A stretch of 63,883 nucleotides of DNA, the filler included, from an uncultured Methanosarcinales archaeon (GTDB lineage: Archaea; Nanobdellota; Nanobdellia; Woesearchaeales; CAYXTQ01), in the NCBI GenBank assembly GCA_964608065.1. It is 5 parts of 5 records of this genome, joined end to end, with 100 filler letters (N's around TTAATTAATTAA, not from the genome) between each part and the next. Parts side by side here need not be neighbours in the genome. Positions count along the whole stretch, not along the records: positions 1 to 15,893 come from CAZSMA010000029.1; 4 more parts are not named here. One strand, given 5' to 3'. The notes under the pieces were generated by a model that made no database searches, was not told where the DNA came from, and worked only from the letters and a program-made list of their open reading frames with translations. Below, one piece after another: positions 1 through 9,539 of the stretch. The position numbers and the translations under genes were made by a program. Within the stretch, counting starts at the first letter, position 1. Each line of letters starts with the position of its first letter.

Positions 1-1
1 T

Positions 2-1279
2 ATTGGATTTTTAATTGTTCAGGATTTAATTGCAATACTCATCTTGATGGTTATTTCATCAATCCCATCCGGATTCAATTTTACTACTTTGGTTTTTGGA
101 ACAATTTTAAAAGGATTTGGTTTGTTAGTGTTGTTATTCTTAATAGGTATTTATATATTACCAAGTATGACTAAAGCCATTGCGAAATCCCAAGAATTTT
201 TATTATTGTTTTCGATTGGTTGGTGTCTGGCATTATCTTCTCTTTTTTATTATTTGAATTTTTCAATAGAAATAGGGGCGCTACTAGCAGGCATTACCCT
301 GTCTTTCTCTCCATACCGCTATGAAATTAGTTCTAGAATGAGACCACTCCGTGATTTTTTTATTGTTATCTTTTTTATATTGCTAGGCTCCCAGATGGGG
401 TTTGAAGATATAAGTCAACATATAGTAATTATAATAATACTTTCCGCATTCATATTGATTGGAAATCCATTGATAGTAATGACCTTAATGGGTTTGCTTG
501 GCTACACTAAAAGAACTAGTTTCTTAGCAGGATTAACTGTAGCTCAAATAAGTGAATTCTCTTTAATCCTTATTGCCTTAGGAGTTAAAGTTGGACATCT
601 AACAAATGAAATCTTGTCTTTTGTAACTGTTATTGGTTTAATAACTATTGCTGGTTCTAGTTATATGATAATTTATGCAAATAAGATATACCCCTATCTA
701 TCAAAATATTTGAGAGTATTTGAAAGAAAAGGTAAAAAAATAGATGAACACAAATATCATGAGCATGAAATTTATGATGTCATTCTTTTTGGATATGATA
801 GTGTTGGTTATGATTTGTTAGAATCTTTAAAAAAAATAAAAAAGAAGTTTTTAGTTGTGGATTATAATCCTGAGATCATAATTGATTTAGCAAAAGAAGG
901 AATTGATTGCAGATATGGGGATGCAAGTGATTCTGAATTATTAAATGAATTAAATCTTTCAAAAGCGAAGATGATAGTTTCAACAATACAAGAATTTGAT
1001 ACAAATCTTTTGTTAATTAATAAAGTTAGAGAATCTAATAAAAAAGCAATTATAATTGTTGTTTCTCACCAAATTGATGAAGCTATAGCATTATATGATA
1101 AAGGTGGTGCGACTTATGTAATTATGCCTCACTTTCTAGGAGGGTATCATGCTTCTGCATTGATCGAGAAAAATGGATTAAATTTTAATAAATTTCTGAA
1201 AGAAAAAGTTGCCCATATTGAGCATTTAAGAAACAGAAAAAAAAAAGGACATGAACATCCTAAACATGAGAAACACTAA
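2..1279 (+). CDS. Kef-type (CPA2) K+/H+ antiporter with C-terminal TrkA-N/RCK domain, 5'-truncated by the window
   Basis: Frame is open from position 2 (IGFLIVQDLIAI). Contains LAGLTVAQISEFSLIL and an RCK-like tail (VILFGYDSVG...YGDASD). Confidence 0.9.
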   Translation: MGFLIVQDLIAILILMVISSIPSGFNFTTLVFGTILKGFGLLVLLFLIGIYILPSMTKAIAKSQEFLLLFSIGWCLALSSLFYYLNFSIEIGALLAGITLSFSPYRYEISSRMRPLRDFFIVIFFILLGSQMGFEDISQHIVIIIILSAFILIGNPLIVMTLMGLLGYTKRTSFLAGLTVAQISEFSLILIALGVKVGHLTNEILSFVTVIGLITIAGSSYMIIYANKIYPYLSKYLRVFERKGKKIDEHKYHEHEIYDVILFGYDSVGYDLLESLKKIKKKFLVVDYNPEIIIDLAKEGIDCRYGDASDSELLNELNLSKAKMIVSTIQEFDTNLLLINKVRESNKKAIIIVVSHQIDEAIALYDKGGATYVIMPHFLGGYHASALIEKNGLNFNKFLKEKVAHIEHLRNRKKKGHEHPKHEKH

Positions 1280-1397
1280 ACCGAAGGTTACAAAGCGTAA
1301 GCACTAAAGTGGACTTTTTAAATATGTAATGTATTAGAATAGGATATAAAAATTCAATTGTAAAAGAACCATTAATGAAAAATAAGGGGTTAATAAA

Positions 1398-3176
1398 ATG
1401 CAAAAATCAAACTATTCTTTTTATGATAAACAGGTAATAATTAGAAGTAATGGTAGAATTTGCAGAGATTCAATAAGCTTAACCAAGACTGAACTATTCA
1501 AAAATATAATCCATAGATTCTTAGATTATCTTAGAAAAAGAGATTCTCTTCTTTTGGAAGTGTTCCCACAGAGAATGTCTGAAGATGAACAGAAGAAGAC
1601 TATAATTAATCTTTTGCAAAAACTTTCAGAACTTCCTAAAGAAAAGATAATTGAAACATCTCCTGAATTCAAGGGTTTTTTTAAAGATACTTATTTGCTT
1701 AATCAGTTTGTTGAAAATTTATATAATTACTGGCGTAACTTTGAACGGTTTTTCATATGTTACTCAAATAATAGCAAAGAGATTTCATTCCATAAGAGAC
1801 CATACAGAACATTTAATAAAACAGTAGAATCTCTTAATTATCTTGTTCGTAAGGTTTACAGAGATATATGTGAGAATATTACTAATGAACACTGCCGTAT
1901 ATATCGTCAGATGCCTGCAGGGTGTCAGATAGGACTTATTGTAACTAAAGAAAATTGGCCATGTCCTTCTGCTCCTTACAATAAGCTAAAAGATATCCAT
2001 TTTATTAAACAAGTTCTTATTGAACCCCCATTAATTATTGATCCTCCTATGAATAAAAGAACCGGTCAATTCAAAAAGGTTGATTCAAATCCACTTGATG
2101 AAATAAGTATAAACGGTGAGGATTGGTTGTGTTATCCTGCAAAGGTAGGCAATCTTGTTATTCATCTTTTTTTCCATAACAAATTTATTGGCTTAGGAAC
2201 TGCTCTTGCAAATTTGTTTGAATTAGCAGACGATAATGATTTTAAAAGAAAACCTGATGCTATTTATGCATATGGAGTTCCAGAAGAATCACTTAAAAAA
2301 TTTGGAAATCTGCCAACAGTATTTTTTGATGATGAAAAAAACAACATGCTCGTAGCTGCTGTTCCAGGATCAGATGATTTTGGTTATTTTGGATATATCA
2401 AGAAGATGATGTTGACTCTGCATAACATTATAATGATGAAAAGGGGAAGATTACCAATTCATGGAGCTATGGTAAAAATCAGTCTTAAGAATGGCAAATC
2501 TGCTAATGTTATTATTTTAGGAGATACAGGCGCTGGAAAGTCAGAATCACTCGAAGCATTTCGTGTTCTTGGCGAAAAATACATTCGTGATATGACTATC
2601 ATATTTGATGACATGGGTTCATTAGAACTTTCAAAAGATGGCAAAATAAAAGCCTATGGGACTGAAACAGGCGCATTTGTTAGATTAGATGATCTTCAGC
2701 CAGGATTTGCTTTTGGAAACATTGACAGATCAATAATTATGAGTCCTCAAAAGATTAATGCAAGGGCATTATTACCAGTTACAACCCTTAAAGAAGTTCT
2801 TCAAGGCTATCCTGTAGATTTTTTATTATATGCAAATAATTATGAACAAGTTGATGATGCTCATCCTTTTTTTGATGAGTTTCATTCTGTATATGATGCG
2901 CTTGAAGTATTTCGAGATGGAGCTAGGATGGCCAAAGGAACAACTACTGAAAAAGGTTTGGTTCATTCTTATTTTGCGAATATATTCGGTCCTATCCAAT
3001 ATCAAGAACTTCATGAAAAATTAGCAAAAAAATATTTTAAAGCGCTGTTTAAATCTGGAGTTAAGATAGCGCAGTTACGAACACGGCTTGGAATTCCAGG
3101 ATTTGAAACAAAAGGTCCAGAAAGTGCAGCAGAAGCGCTTTTTGGGGTTATATCAAAAAATCCTAAAAATAATTGA
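1398..3176 (+). CDS. Phosphoenolpyruvate carboxykinase-like P-loop protein (divergent family)
   Basis: LPIHGAM, Walker A GDTGAGKSE, IIFDDMG and GTETGAFVR resemble PEPCK kinase motifs. Confidence 0.7.
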   Translation: MQKSNYSFYDKQVIIRSNGRICRDSISLTKTELFKNIIHRFLDYLRKRDSLLLEVFPQRMSEDEQKKTIINLLQKLSELPKEKIIETSPEFKGFFKDTYLLNQFVENLYNYWRNFERFFICYSNNSKEISFHKRPYRTFNKTVESLNYLVRKVYRDICENITNEHCRIYRQMPAGCQIGLIVTKENWPCPSAPYNKLKDIHFIKQVLIEPPLIIDPPMNKRTGQFKKVDSNPLDEISINGEDWLCYPAKVGNLVIHLFFHNKFIGLGTALANLFELADDNDFKRKPDAIYAYGVPEESLKKFGNLPTVFFDDEKNNMLVAAVPGSDDFGYFGYIKKMMLTLHNIIMMKRGRLPIHGAMVKISLKNGKSANVIILGDTGAGKSESLEAFRVLGEKYIRDMTIIFDDMGSLELSKDGKIKAYGTETGAFVRLDDLQPGFAFGNIDRSIIMSPQKINARALLPVTTLKEVLQGYPVDFLLYANNYEQVDDAHPFFDEFHSVYDALEVFRDGARMAKGTTTEKGLVHSYFANIFGPIQYQELHEKLAKKYFKALFKSGVKIAQLRTRLGIPGFETKGPESAAEALFGVISKNPKNN

Positions 3177-3185
3177 GGGAAAATT

Positions 3186-3395
3186 ATGAGCAAAGAATTT
3201 GTTATTGGAGGAATTATATTAACAATAATGGGTGTGGTTTTTTTAGTACTTACTGCATCTGCAAGTAACACTAGCATGGGCTGGTTAATGATTATAGGGG
3301 TATTTAGTTTTTTCGGAGGTATTTGTCTAACAGTTTATGGAATATTTAGTATTTTGTTACATTATATTAAGACTAAATTATTGGGGGGAAAATGA
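3186..3395 (+). CDS. Small 2-TM membrane protein
   Basis: Two hydrophobic stretches; GAGGG upstream of the ATG. Confidence 0.65.
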   Translation: MSKEFVIGGIILTIMGVVFLVLTASASNTSMGWLMIIGVFSFFGGICLTVYGIFSILLHYIKTKLLGGK

Positions 3396-3556
3396 ACCAA
3401 GAAGCAATTAAAGAACAGATGGAAGAGATAAAGAAGGCGATGATGTTAGTAAAATGGGATATGAAACATAACAAAGCCGATTCTAAAAGTAAAGTATATG
3501 AAGATTTAAGAAAAGACTATGAAGAGTTGCAAAAGAAATTGGAAAATAGCCAGTAA
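3392..3556 (+). CDS. Small helical hypothetical protein (54 aa, MNQEAIKEQMEEIKKAM...), not in the ORF track
   Basis: ATGA overlap with the previous stop, GGGGG upstream, fills the gap to the CBS gene. Confidence 0.6.
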   Translation: MNQEAIKEQMEEIKKAMMLVKWDMKHNKADSKSKVYEDLRKDYEELQKKLENSQ

Positions 3557-3570
3557 TAAGGTAGTATAAA

Positions 3571-4227
3571 ATGAATATAAAAGAGAGGATGCATGATATT
3601 GAGGCAGTAGATAAGAATAAATCAATAAAAAGCGTTTCGTTTATCTTAGAGAATGATACGCCTGATGCTTTACTAATCATGGAAAACGGCAAGATAATAG
3701 GAATTCTAACAGATTCTGACTTATTAATGAAAGTGAATAAAGAGGACATTTATTCAGAAGTTATAAAAGTAAAAGATATAATGTCCAGCCCGGTTATAAC
3801 TATTGACAGCAATAAAGGCATACAAGAAGCAATAGATTTAATGACTAAGTATAACATCAAAAAATTACCTGTCATGGAAAATGGAATTCCGATTGGTATC
3901 TTGTATGGTTGGGAAATACTTAAATTAGACGAAGAAAAATGGAAAGAGATAGTATTTAAACAAACCATAGAAGCTGTTCTTAAATTACTGATAAAAGAAC
4001 CAAATATTGATATAAGTTCTGTTTTTAATATCATCATAAGAACAAATAAATTTGTGGACATGAATTCTAAAACTGAATTTGATTTGTTTGTCTATCAGGA
4101 AGGAATAGCATTAGTTGCTTATAGTTATATAAAAGAGAATCCTCAAGAATCTTTGCAAGATATAATGTTTGAGATCAAAAACAATTATAGTGCTCTTTTT
4201 AAAAAATATAGTCAACAAGAAAAGTAA
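3571..4227 (+). CDS. CBS-domain pair protein
   Basis: GKIIGILTDSDLL, VKDIMSSPVITI, KYNIKKLPVM. Confidence 0.9.
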   Translation: MNIKERMHDIEAVDKNKSIKSVSFILENDTPDALLIMENGKIIGILTDSDLLMKVNKEDIYSEVIKVKDIMSSPVITIDSNKGIQEAIDLMTKYNIKKLPVMENGIPIGILYGWEILKLDEEKWKEIVFKQTIEAVLKLLIKEPNIDISSVFNIIIRTNKFVDMNSKTEFDLFVYQEGIALVAYSYIKENPQESLQDIMFEIKNNYSALFKKYSQQEK

Positions 4228-4387
4228 TATCAAACTGAAAGAGAGGGTATGATGGACTTAAATAATAACTTTCATTTTCCATGTTGTTAAACTGTGCAAG
4301 ATGTAAACATTTAAATATTTGCGATATTAGGTCATCTATGTGGATTTGTTCCATTTTGAAAAAAAAACCAAATAAAGGTATGCCCAA

Positions 4388-7108
4388 ATGTCTGAAAATA
4401 GCGAAAAATGGTATGGGAATAAATTAGATAATATTTACAATACTCTAAAAACTTCTAAAGAAGGTTTAACAGATAAGGAAGCTGAACAAAGGATAAAGAA
4501 ATATGGATATAATGAGATTGAAAAAGCAAAGAAAGATACAACATTTATTATTTTACTAAGGCAGTTTAAGTCTTTTGTAGTATGGGTTTTATTAATCGCA
4601 TCAGTGATATCCATTTCTATAGGCCACAATACAGAATTTGTTGTTATTTATGTAATAATTTGCTTTATTATTATATTTGGTTTTTATATGGAATCCAAGG
4701 CGTCTAATGATATGAATGCGCTAATTGAATTGACGCCAAAGAAATCTTTAGTTATAAGAAACAGGGAAAAAAAAAGGATTCTATCAAAAGAATTGACTAT
4801 TGGCGATGTGCTCTTTCTAGAAAGAGGAGATATTATAGGAGCAGATGCTAGGCTAATTGAAGTAAATAATTTAAAATTAGATGAATCTGCTCTTACAGGA
4901 GAATCTGTGCCTGTTGATAAGTTGGTTGGGCAGTTAAATGGAACTATTGCATTAGCCCAGCAAACAAACATGGTTTTTGCAGGAACCAACATAACAAATG
5001 GTAATGGGCTGGCAGTTGTTGTTAAAATAGGTGAGCAGACAGAGATAGGAAAGATTTCTGCTATGATAAAAGGTATAAAAGAAGAGACAACCCCTCTGCA
5101 AAAGAGGCTAAACAAGCTGACTAAACAGATATCTATTGCAGCAATTATTGCTGCAATTGCGGTTTTCTTTATAGGTTACTTGCATGGTTCAAGCATTGGT
5201 GTAATGTTTATATTTTCCATGGCAGTTATTGTTTCAGGGATACCTGAAAGCCTTCCAACTGTTATTGCAGTCACTCTTGCAACAGGAGTTAAAAGGATGG
5301 CTAAGAAGAATGCTATTGTAAAGAGACTGCCTTCTGTTGAAACATTGGGTACATGTACAGTTATTTGTTCTGATAAAACCGGAACATTAACACAGAACAA
5401 AATGATTGTAGAAAACATATTTACATCTGATACAGAGGTAACTGTTACTGGAAAAGGATATGAACCTGGTGGCCTGTTTTTGAAAGAGAACATCAAGATA
5501 GAGCCTAATAAACACAAGACCTTATCAAGGCTGTTAGAGATTGGGGTTCTTTGCAATAACAGCGAAGTTAAGAAAGAGAAAAACAAATGGATCATAGATG
5601 GAGAACCAACAGAGGGTGCTTTAATCGTGCTTGGTAAAAAAGCAGGCATGTTAAGATCAGAATTGCATAAGAGGTTGCCTAGAAAAAAAGAACATCCATT
5701 TGATCCAGTCAGAAAATGTATGAGCACAATACATGTATCTAAAGGAAGCCATTTTGTTTACTCAAAAGGTGCTCCAGAATTGCTTATTAAAAAGGCAAAA
5801 TATTATTTAAACAATGGACGTATAAAAAAACTAGACAAATCAACAATTAATCAATTCTTGGAAAAGAACAATGAATATGCCTCAAAAGGATTGAGGGTAT
5901 TAGGGTTAGCGTTCAAAGAGCATAAAGGTTCTTTTGAATTAAAAAATATTGAAGCAGGGTTAATATTTGTAGGATTAGTCTCTATAAGGGATCCACCTGA
6001 GCCTAGTGCTAAAGAATCAATTAAAAAGTGTAAGGAAGCTGGTATTAAGGTAGTTATGATTACAGGTGATAATGAAATTACAGCTAAAGCTATAGGCTCA
6101 GAATTAGGGATTTATACTGAAGGAGGGTTAATATTAACAGGGAAAAAATTAGAGCAGATGAGTGATTCTGACTTAGAAAATGTTATTAATAATGTAACTG
6201 TGTATGCAAGAGTTACTCCATCCCATAAGCTGAGAATCGTCAAGATACTACAAAAAGTAGGCCACATTGTTGCTATGACTGGTGATGGTGTGAATGATGC
6301 ACCTGCGCTAAAAAAAGCAGACATTGGAATAGCTATGGGAAGGTGCGGAACTGAGGTTGCAAAAGAATCATCAGAACTAATATTAAAAGATGACAATTTT
6401 TCCACAATAACAAATGCTGTGGAAGAGGGAAGAAATATATATGAAAATATTAGGAAATTTATCTATTACTTACTTGTAGGGAATTTTTCAGAGGTTTTAA
6501 TAGTCTTAATTGCAGTTATGGTCGGAATGAATTTACCATTGACTGCACTTATGATCCTTTTCATAAATTTGGTTACTAGCGAATTGCCTGCATTAGGCTT
6601 GAGTTTTGAGAAACCTTCAGATAGAATTATGAAACAAAAACCAAGGGACCCAAAGGAAGGCATATTAAGCAGTTATGTGATCTTTAAAATTGGGCAGATA
6701 GTGCCTTTTGTTGTATTAGGTACTGTTGTACTTTACCAATGGGAGTTAGTCATGGGCGCAAAAAGCATTCCAAAAGCCCAAACAATAGCTTTTGCAACAA
6801 TAATATTCTTTGAACTCTTCCATGCACTTAATGCCCGTAGCTGGGATGAATCAATATTTACAAAAAAGTTTTTCTCCAATATTTATATAATTGGAGGTAT
6901 TTTATCAGCTGCTCTATTAACAATTACAGTAATCTACTGGACACCTTTGCAAAGCATATTTGGAACAGTAGCTTTAAATTTTTTTGACTGGATACTAATA
7001 TTAATTGTCTCTATAAGTGTGATATTTTATATAGAAATTCAAAAAACATTAATTAAACTTGAGTGGAAAGAGCGAAAAAAAATAGAAATTTATCCTACTA
7101 GATATTAA
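4388..7108 (+). CDS. P-type cation-transporting ATPase (P2A, Ca2+-like)
   Basis: LTGES, PESLP, CSDKTGTLT, KGAPE, MITGD, TGDGVNDAPALKKADIG. Confidence 0.97.
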   Translation: MSENSEKWYGNKLDNIYNTLKTSKEGLTDKEAEQRIKKYGYNEIEKAKKDTTFIILLRQFKSFVVWVLLIASVISISIGHNTEFVVIYVIICFIIIFGFYMESKASNDMNALIELTPKKSLVIRNREKKRILSKELTIGDVLFLERGDIIGADARLIEVNNLKLDESALTGESVPVDKLVGQLNGTIALAQQTNMVFAGTNITNGNGLAVVVKIGEQTEIGKISAMIKGIKEETTPLQKRLNKLTKQISIAAIIAAIAVFFIGYLHGSSIGVMFIFSMAVIVSGIPESLPTVIAVTLATGVKRMAKKNAIVKRLPSVETLGTCTVICSDKTGTLTQNKMIVENIFTSDTEVTVTGKGYEPGGLFLKENIKIEPNKHKTLSRLLEIGVLCNNSEVKKEKNKWIIDGEPTEGALIVLGKKAGMLRSELHKRLPRKKEHPFDPVRKCMSTIHVSKGSHFVYSKGAPELLIKKAKYYLNNGRIKKLDKSTINQFLEKNNEYASKGLRVLGLAFKEHKGSFELKNIEAGLIFVGLVSIRDPPEPSAKESIKKCKEAGIKVVMITGDNEITAKAIGSELGIYTEGGLILTGKKLEQMSDSDLENVINNVTVYARVTPSHKLRIVKILQKVGHIVAMTGDGVNDAPALKKADIGIAMGRCGTEVAKESSELILKDDNFSTITNAVEEGRNIYENIRKFIYYLLVGNFSEVLIVLIAVMVGMNLPLTALMILFINLVTSELPALGLSFEKPSDRIMKQKPRDPKEGILSSYVIFKIGQIVPFVVLGTVVLYQWELVMGAKSIPKAQTIAFATIIFFELFHALNARSWDESIFTKKFFSNIYIIGGILSAALLTITVIYWTPLQSIFGTVALNFFDWILILIVSISVIFYIEIQKTLIKLEWKERKKIEIYPTRY

Positions 7109-7207
7109 TAATGGGTTTATCCATGCTCTGCCATCCATAAATGGACAAAATATTTAAATTAAGTGGTGTTCTAAATGTGATTATGAGGGTTTTGATGTGA
7201 GAGAAAA

Positions 7208-7915
7208 ATGGACAAAAAGATAATGGAGATATATGAAAGGCTATTGGGGGCATTTGGCAGGCAGGGATGGTGGCCTGTTACACCTACTGATTGCAGGGGT
7301 GAAGAGGTAAGACCCATATATAATATAGTTACTAAAACAGAAAAACAGAAGTTTGAGATTTGTGTTGGAGCTATATTGACTCAGAACACTAACTGGAAGA
7401 ATGTTGAGATAGCAATTGAGAATCTGAATAAAGAGAATCTTATTGATATAAGGAAAATAAAAAAAATAGATAGAAAGAAATTAGCTAATTTAATTAAAAG
7501 TTCAGGTTATTATAATCAAAAGGTAATTAAGTTAAAGACATTTGCTAAATATCTGGCAGAGAACTATAAAGGTAATTTAAAAATTTTTTTTTCTAAAGAT
7601 GTTGAAACTTTAAGAGAAGAATTGTTGACAATAAAAGGTATTGGTCCTGAGACTGCTGATTCTATAATTTTGTATGCAGCTGCTAAGCCTATTTTTGTTA
7701 TAGATGCTTATACAAAAAGGATTATGAATAGAATTGGATTTAAGGAAGAAACTTATGAAGGATTGCAGAATTTATTTATGGAAAATCTAGATAAAGATGC
7801 AAAACTGTTTAATGAATACCATGCTTTGTTGGTTGAATTGGGAAAAATAATTTGCAAAACAAAACCTTTATGTGATAAATGTCCTTTAAAGGATGTGTGC
7901 AGATATGAGAAATAA
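7208..7915 (+). CDS. Endonuclease III-related HhH-GPD glycosylase with 4Fe-4S motif
   Basis: GAILTQNTNW, IKGIGPETADSI, VIDAYTKR, C-terminal CKTKPLCDKCPLKDVC. Confidence 0.92.
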   Translation: MDKKIMEIYERLLGAFGRQGWWPVTPTDCRGEEVRPIYNIVTKTEKQKFEICVGAILTQNTNWKNVEIAIENLNKENLIDIRKIKKIDRKKLANLIKSSGYYNQKVIKLKTFAKYLAENYKGNLKIFFSKDVETLREELLTIKGIGPETADSIILYAAAKPIFVIDAYTKRIMNRIGFKEETYEGLQNLFMENLDKDAKLFNEYHALLVELGKIICKTKPLCDKCPLKDVCRYEK

Positions 7916-8645
7916 AATAATTTTTTTGATGGTGTTTTTATTAATTTTAATTATATTGATAAAACAAGATAATAATCAAAAATATGTTGTAGTCTCTGTC
8001 CATGATGTTCATCCAGTCAATACAGATGAACTAAAAATAATTTTCTCTGAGTTAGATAGATTAGATATAAAAAAAACAATACTTGTTACACCTTATCTTG
8101 ATAATGAAGATATAAATGAAGATAAAATATTTATTGAGCTAATCCAAAGAGAAAGAGAGAAGGGAGCAGAAATAGCTTTGCACGGCTATACTCATAAAAG
8201 AGATGAATTCAGCAAAAGTTATGAAGAGGTTAAGGATAATTTAGAAAAAGGGATGGATATTTTCCATAAAGCTTTTGGTTTTTATCCAAAAGGTTTTGTT
8301 CCGGGTTATTGGAAGCAAAATAAAGATACAATTAATGCTTTAGAAGATTTAAATTTTGAATATACAACTACTTTTACAAAGATAATTTATTTTAATCATA
8401 AAGAGATTAAAACATTGCCTATAGGTATGTATGGTAGTAATAAGTTTTTTGCTTTTTTAACAAAAATATGTTCAATAGTTTATGTTAATTTAAAAAAAAA
8501 AAATGTATTAAGATTTACAATACATCCTGGGGAGGTAAGATTTAACATTTTTGATGATAGTATAATCCTGTTAAACAATGTGTTGGATAAAGGCTATATT
8601 CCGGTGACTTATGAAGAATTAAAAACAATAGATTTAAATAGATAA
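7905..8645 (+). CDS. Polysaccharide deacetylase-like (DUF2334-type) protein with N-terminal anchor
   Basis: VSVHDVHP, IALHGYTH, GFVPGYW, FTIHP. Start moved to MRNKIIF. Confidence 0.8.
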   Translation: MRNKIIFLMVFLLILIILIKQDNNQKYVVVSVHDVHPVNTDELKIIFSELDRLDIKKTILVTPYLDNEDINEDKIFIELIQREREKGAEIALHGYTHKRDEFSKSYEEVKDNLEKGMDIFHKAFGFYPKGFVPGYWKQNKDTINALEDLNFEYTTTFTKIIYFNHKEIKTLPIGMYGSNKFFAFLTKICSIVYVNLKKKNVLRFTIHPGEVRFNIFDDSIILLNNVLDKGYIPVTYEELKTIDLNR

Positions 8646-8678
8646 ATATTTAACTTTACTTCAAAAAGAGGTGTGTAG

Positions 8679-9086
8679 ATGGGGTTCTTTGGAAAGATAT
8701 TTGGGAAAAAGAAAGATGATTTTGATTTTAGTCCACCTAAAGATTCTGATTTGGGTCTAGGGCCTGATTTTGATACTGGAGATAATACTGCAGGTCTTGG
8801 AAGTTCTCCTGATTTAGGAGGAATGCCTGATACTGGTCAAAATCAGCCTTTGCCAACATTTGAACCAATACAAGAACAGCCAAGGCATTTCCAACAACCT
8901 CAGCCTTACCAACAACAAAGTTTCCAGTCACATGATACAACCTATATTATAAGTAAAAATATAGAGGTTGTTTCATCAAAATTAGATGCATTACAAGCTT
9001 CACTGGAAAGTATAAATCAGAGGCTTATTAATTTAGAAAACATTGCTAAAGGGGAGCAAGATCATAGCAATAAATACAGATGGTAG
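8679..9086 (+). CDS. Hypothetical protein with disordered P/Q/D-rich middle and C-terminal coiled coil
   Basis: GAGGTG SD; amphipathic N-terminus MGFFGKIFGKKK; heptad tail SSKLDALQASLESINQRL. Confidence 0.75.
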   Translation: MGFFGKIFGKKKDDFDFSPPKDSDLGLGPDFDTGDNTAGLGSSPDLGGMPDTGQNQPLPTFEPIQEQPRHFQQPQPYQQQSFQSHDTTYIISKNIEVVSSKLDALQASLESINQRLINLENIAKGEQDHSNKYRW

Positions 9087-9089
9087 AAT

Positions 9090-9539
9090 ATGTCTCCTAA
9101 AGAGGATAAACAAAGGTTCTTGTTTGTTATTTTAATAACTTTCTTGATATTGATTATAGATCAGGTAACTAAATTATTAGTTTTGAAAAATATCACTAGC
9201 TCTGTTACAGTTATAAAAAATATTCTTTATTTTTCTGTTATAAAAAATACAGGAGCTGCTTTTGGAATTTTAAAAAATGAGACTATGTTGTTAATATGGT
9301 TCTCTGTTATTGTTATTGGGGTTATTCTTTTTTATATGGATAAGATTCCAAAGGATAAAATAGTTCAAATATTCACTGCATTAATTTTAGGAGGAACTAT
9401 AAGCAATTTAATTGATAGATTAAGGTTAGGCTATGTTATTGATTTTATTAACTTTAAAATATGGCCTGCTTTTAATATAGCAGATGCTGCTGTTACAATA
9501 GGTGCTATTGGTTTGATAATATACCTTATGAAAAAATGA
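9090..9539 (+). CDS. lspA: Lipoprotein signal peptidase (signal peptidase II)
   Basis: IIDQVTK, NTGAAFG, GGTISNLIDR, GYVIDFI, WPAFNIAD; both catalytic Asp motifs present. Confidence 0.93.
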   Translation: MSPKEDKQRFLFVILITFLILIIDQVTKLLVLKNITSSVTVIKNILYFSVIKNTGAAFGILKNETMLLIWFSVIVIGVILFYMDKIPKDKIVQIFTALILGGTISNLIDRLRLGYVIDFINFKIWPAFNIADAAVTIGAIGLIIYLMKK

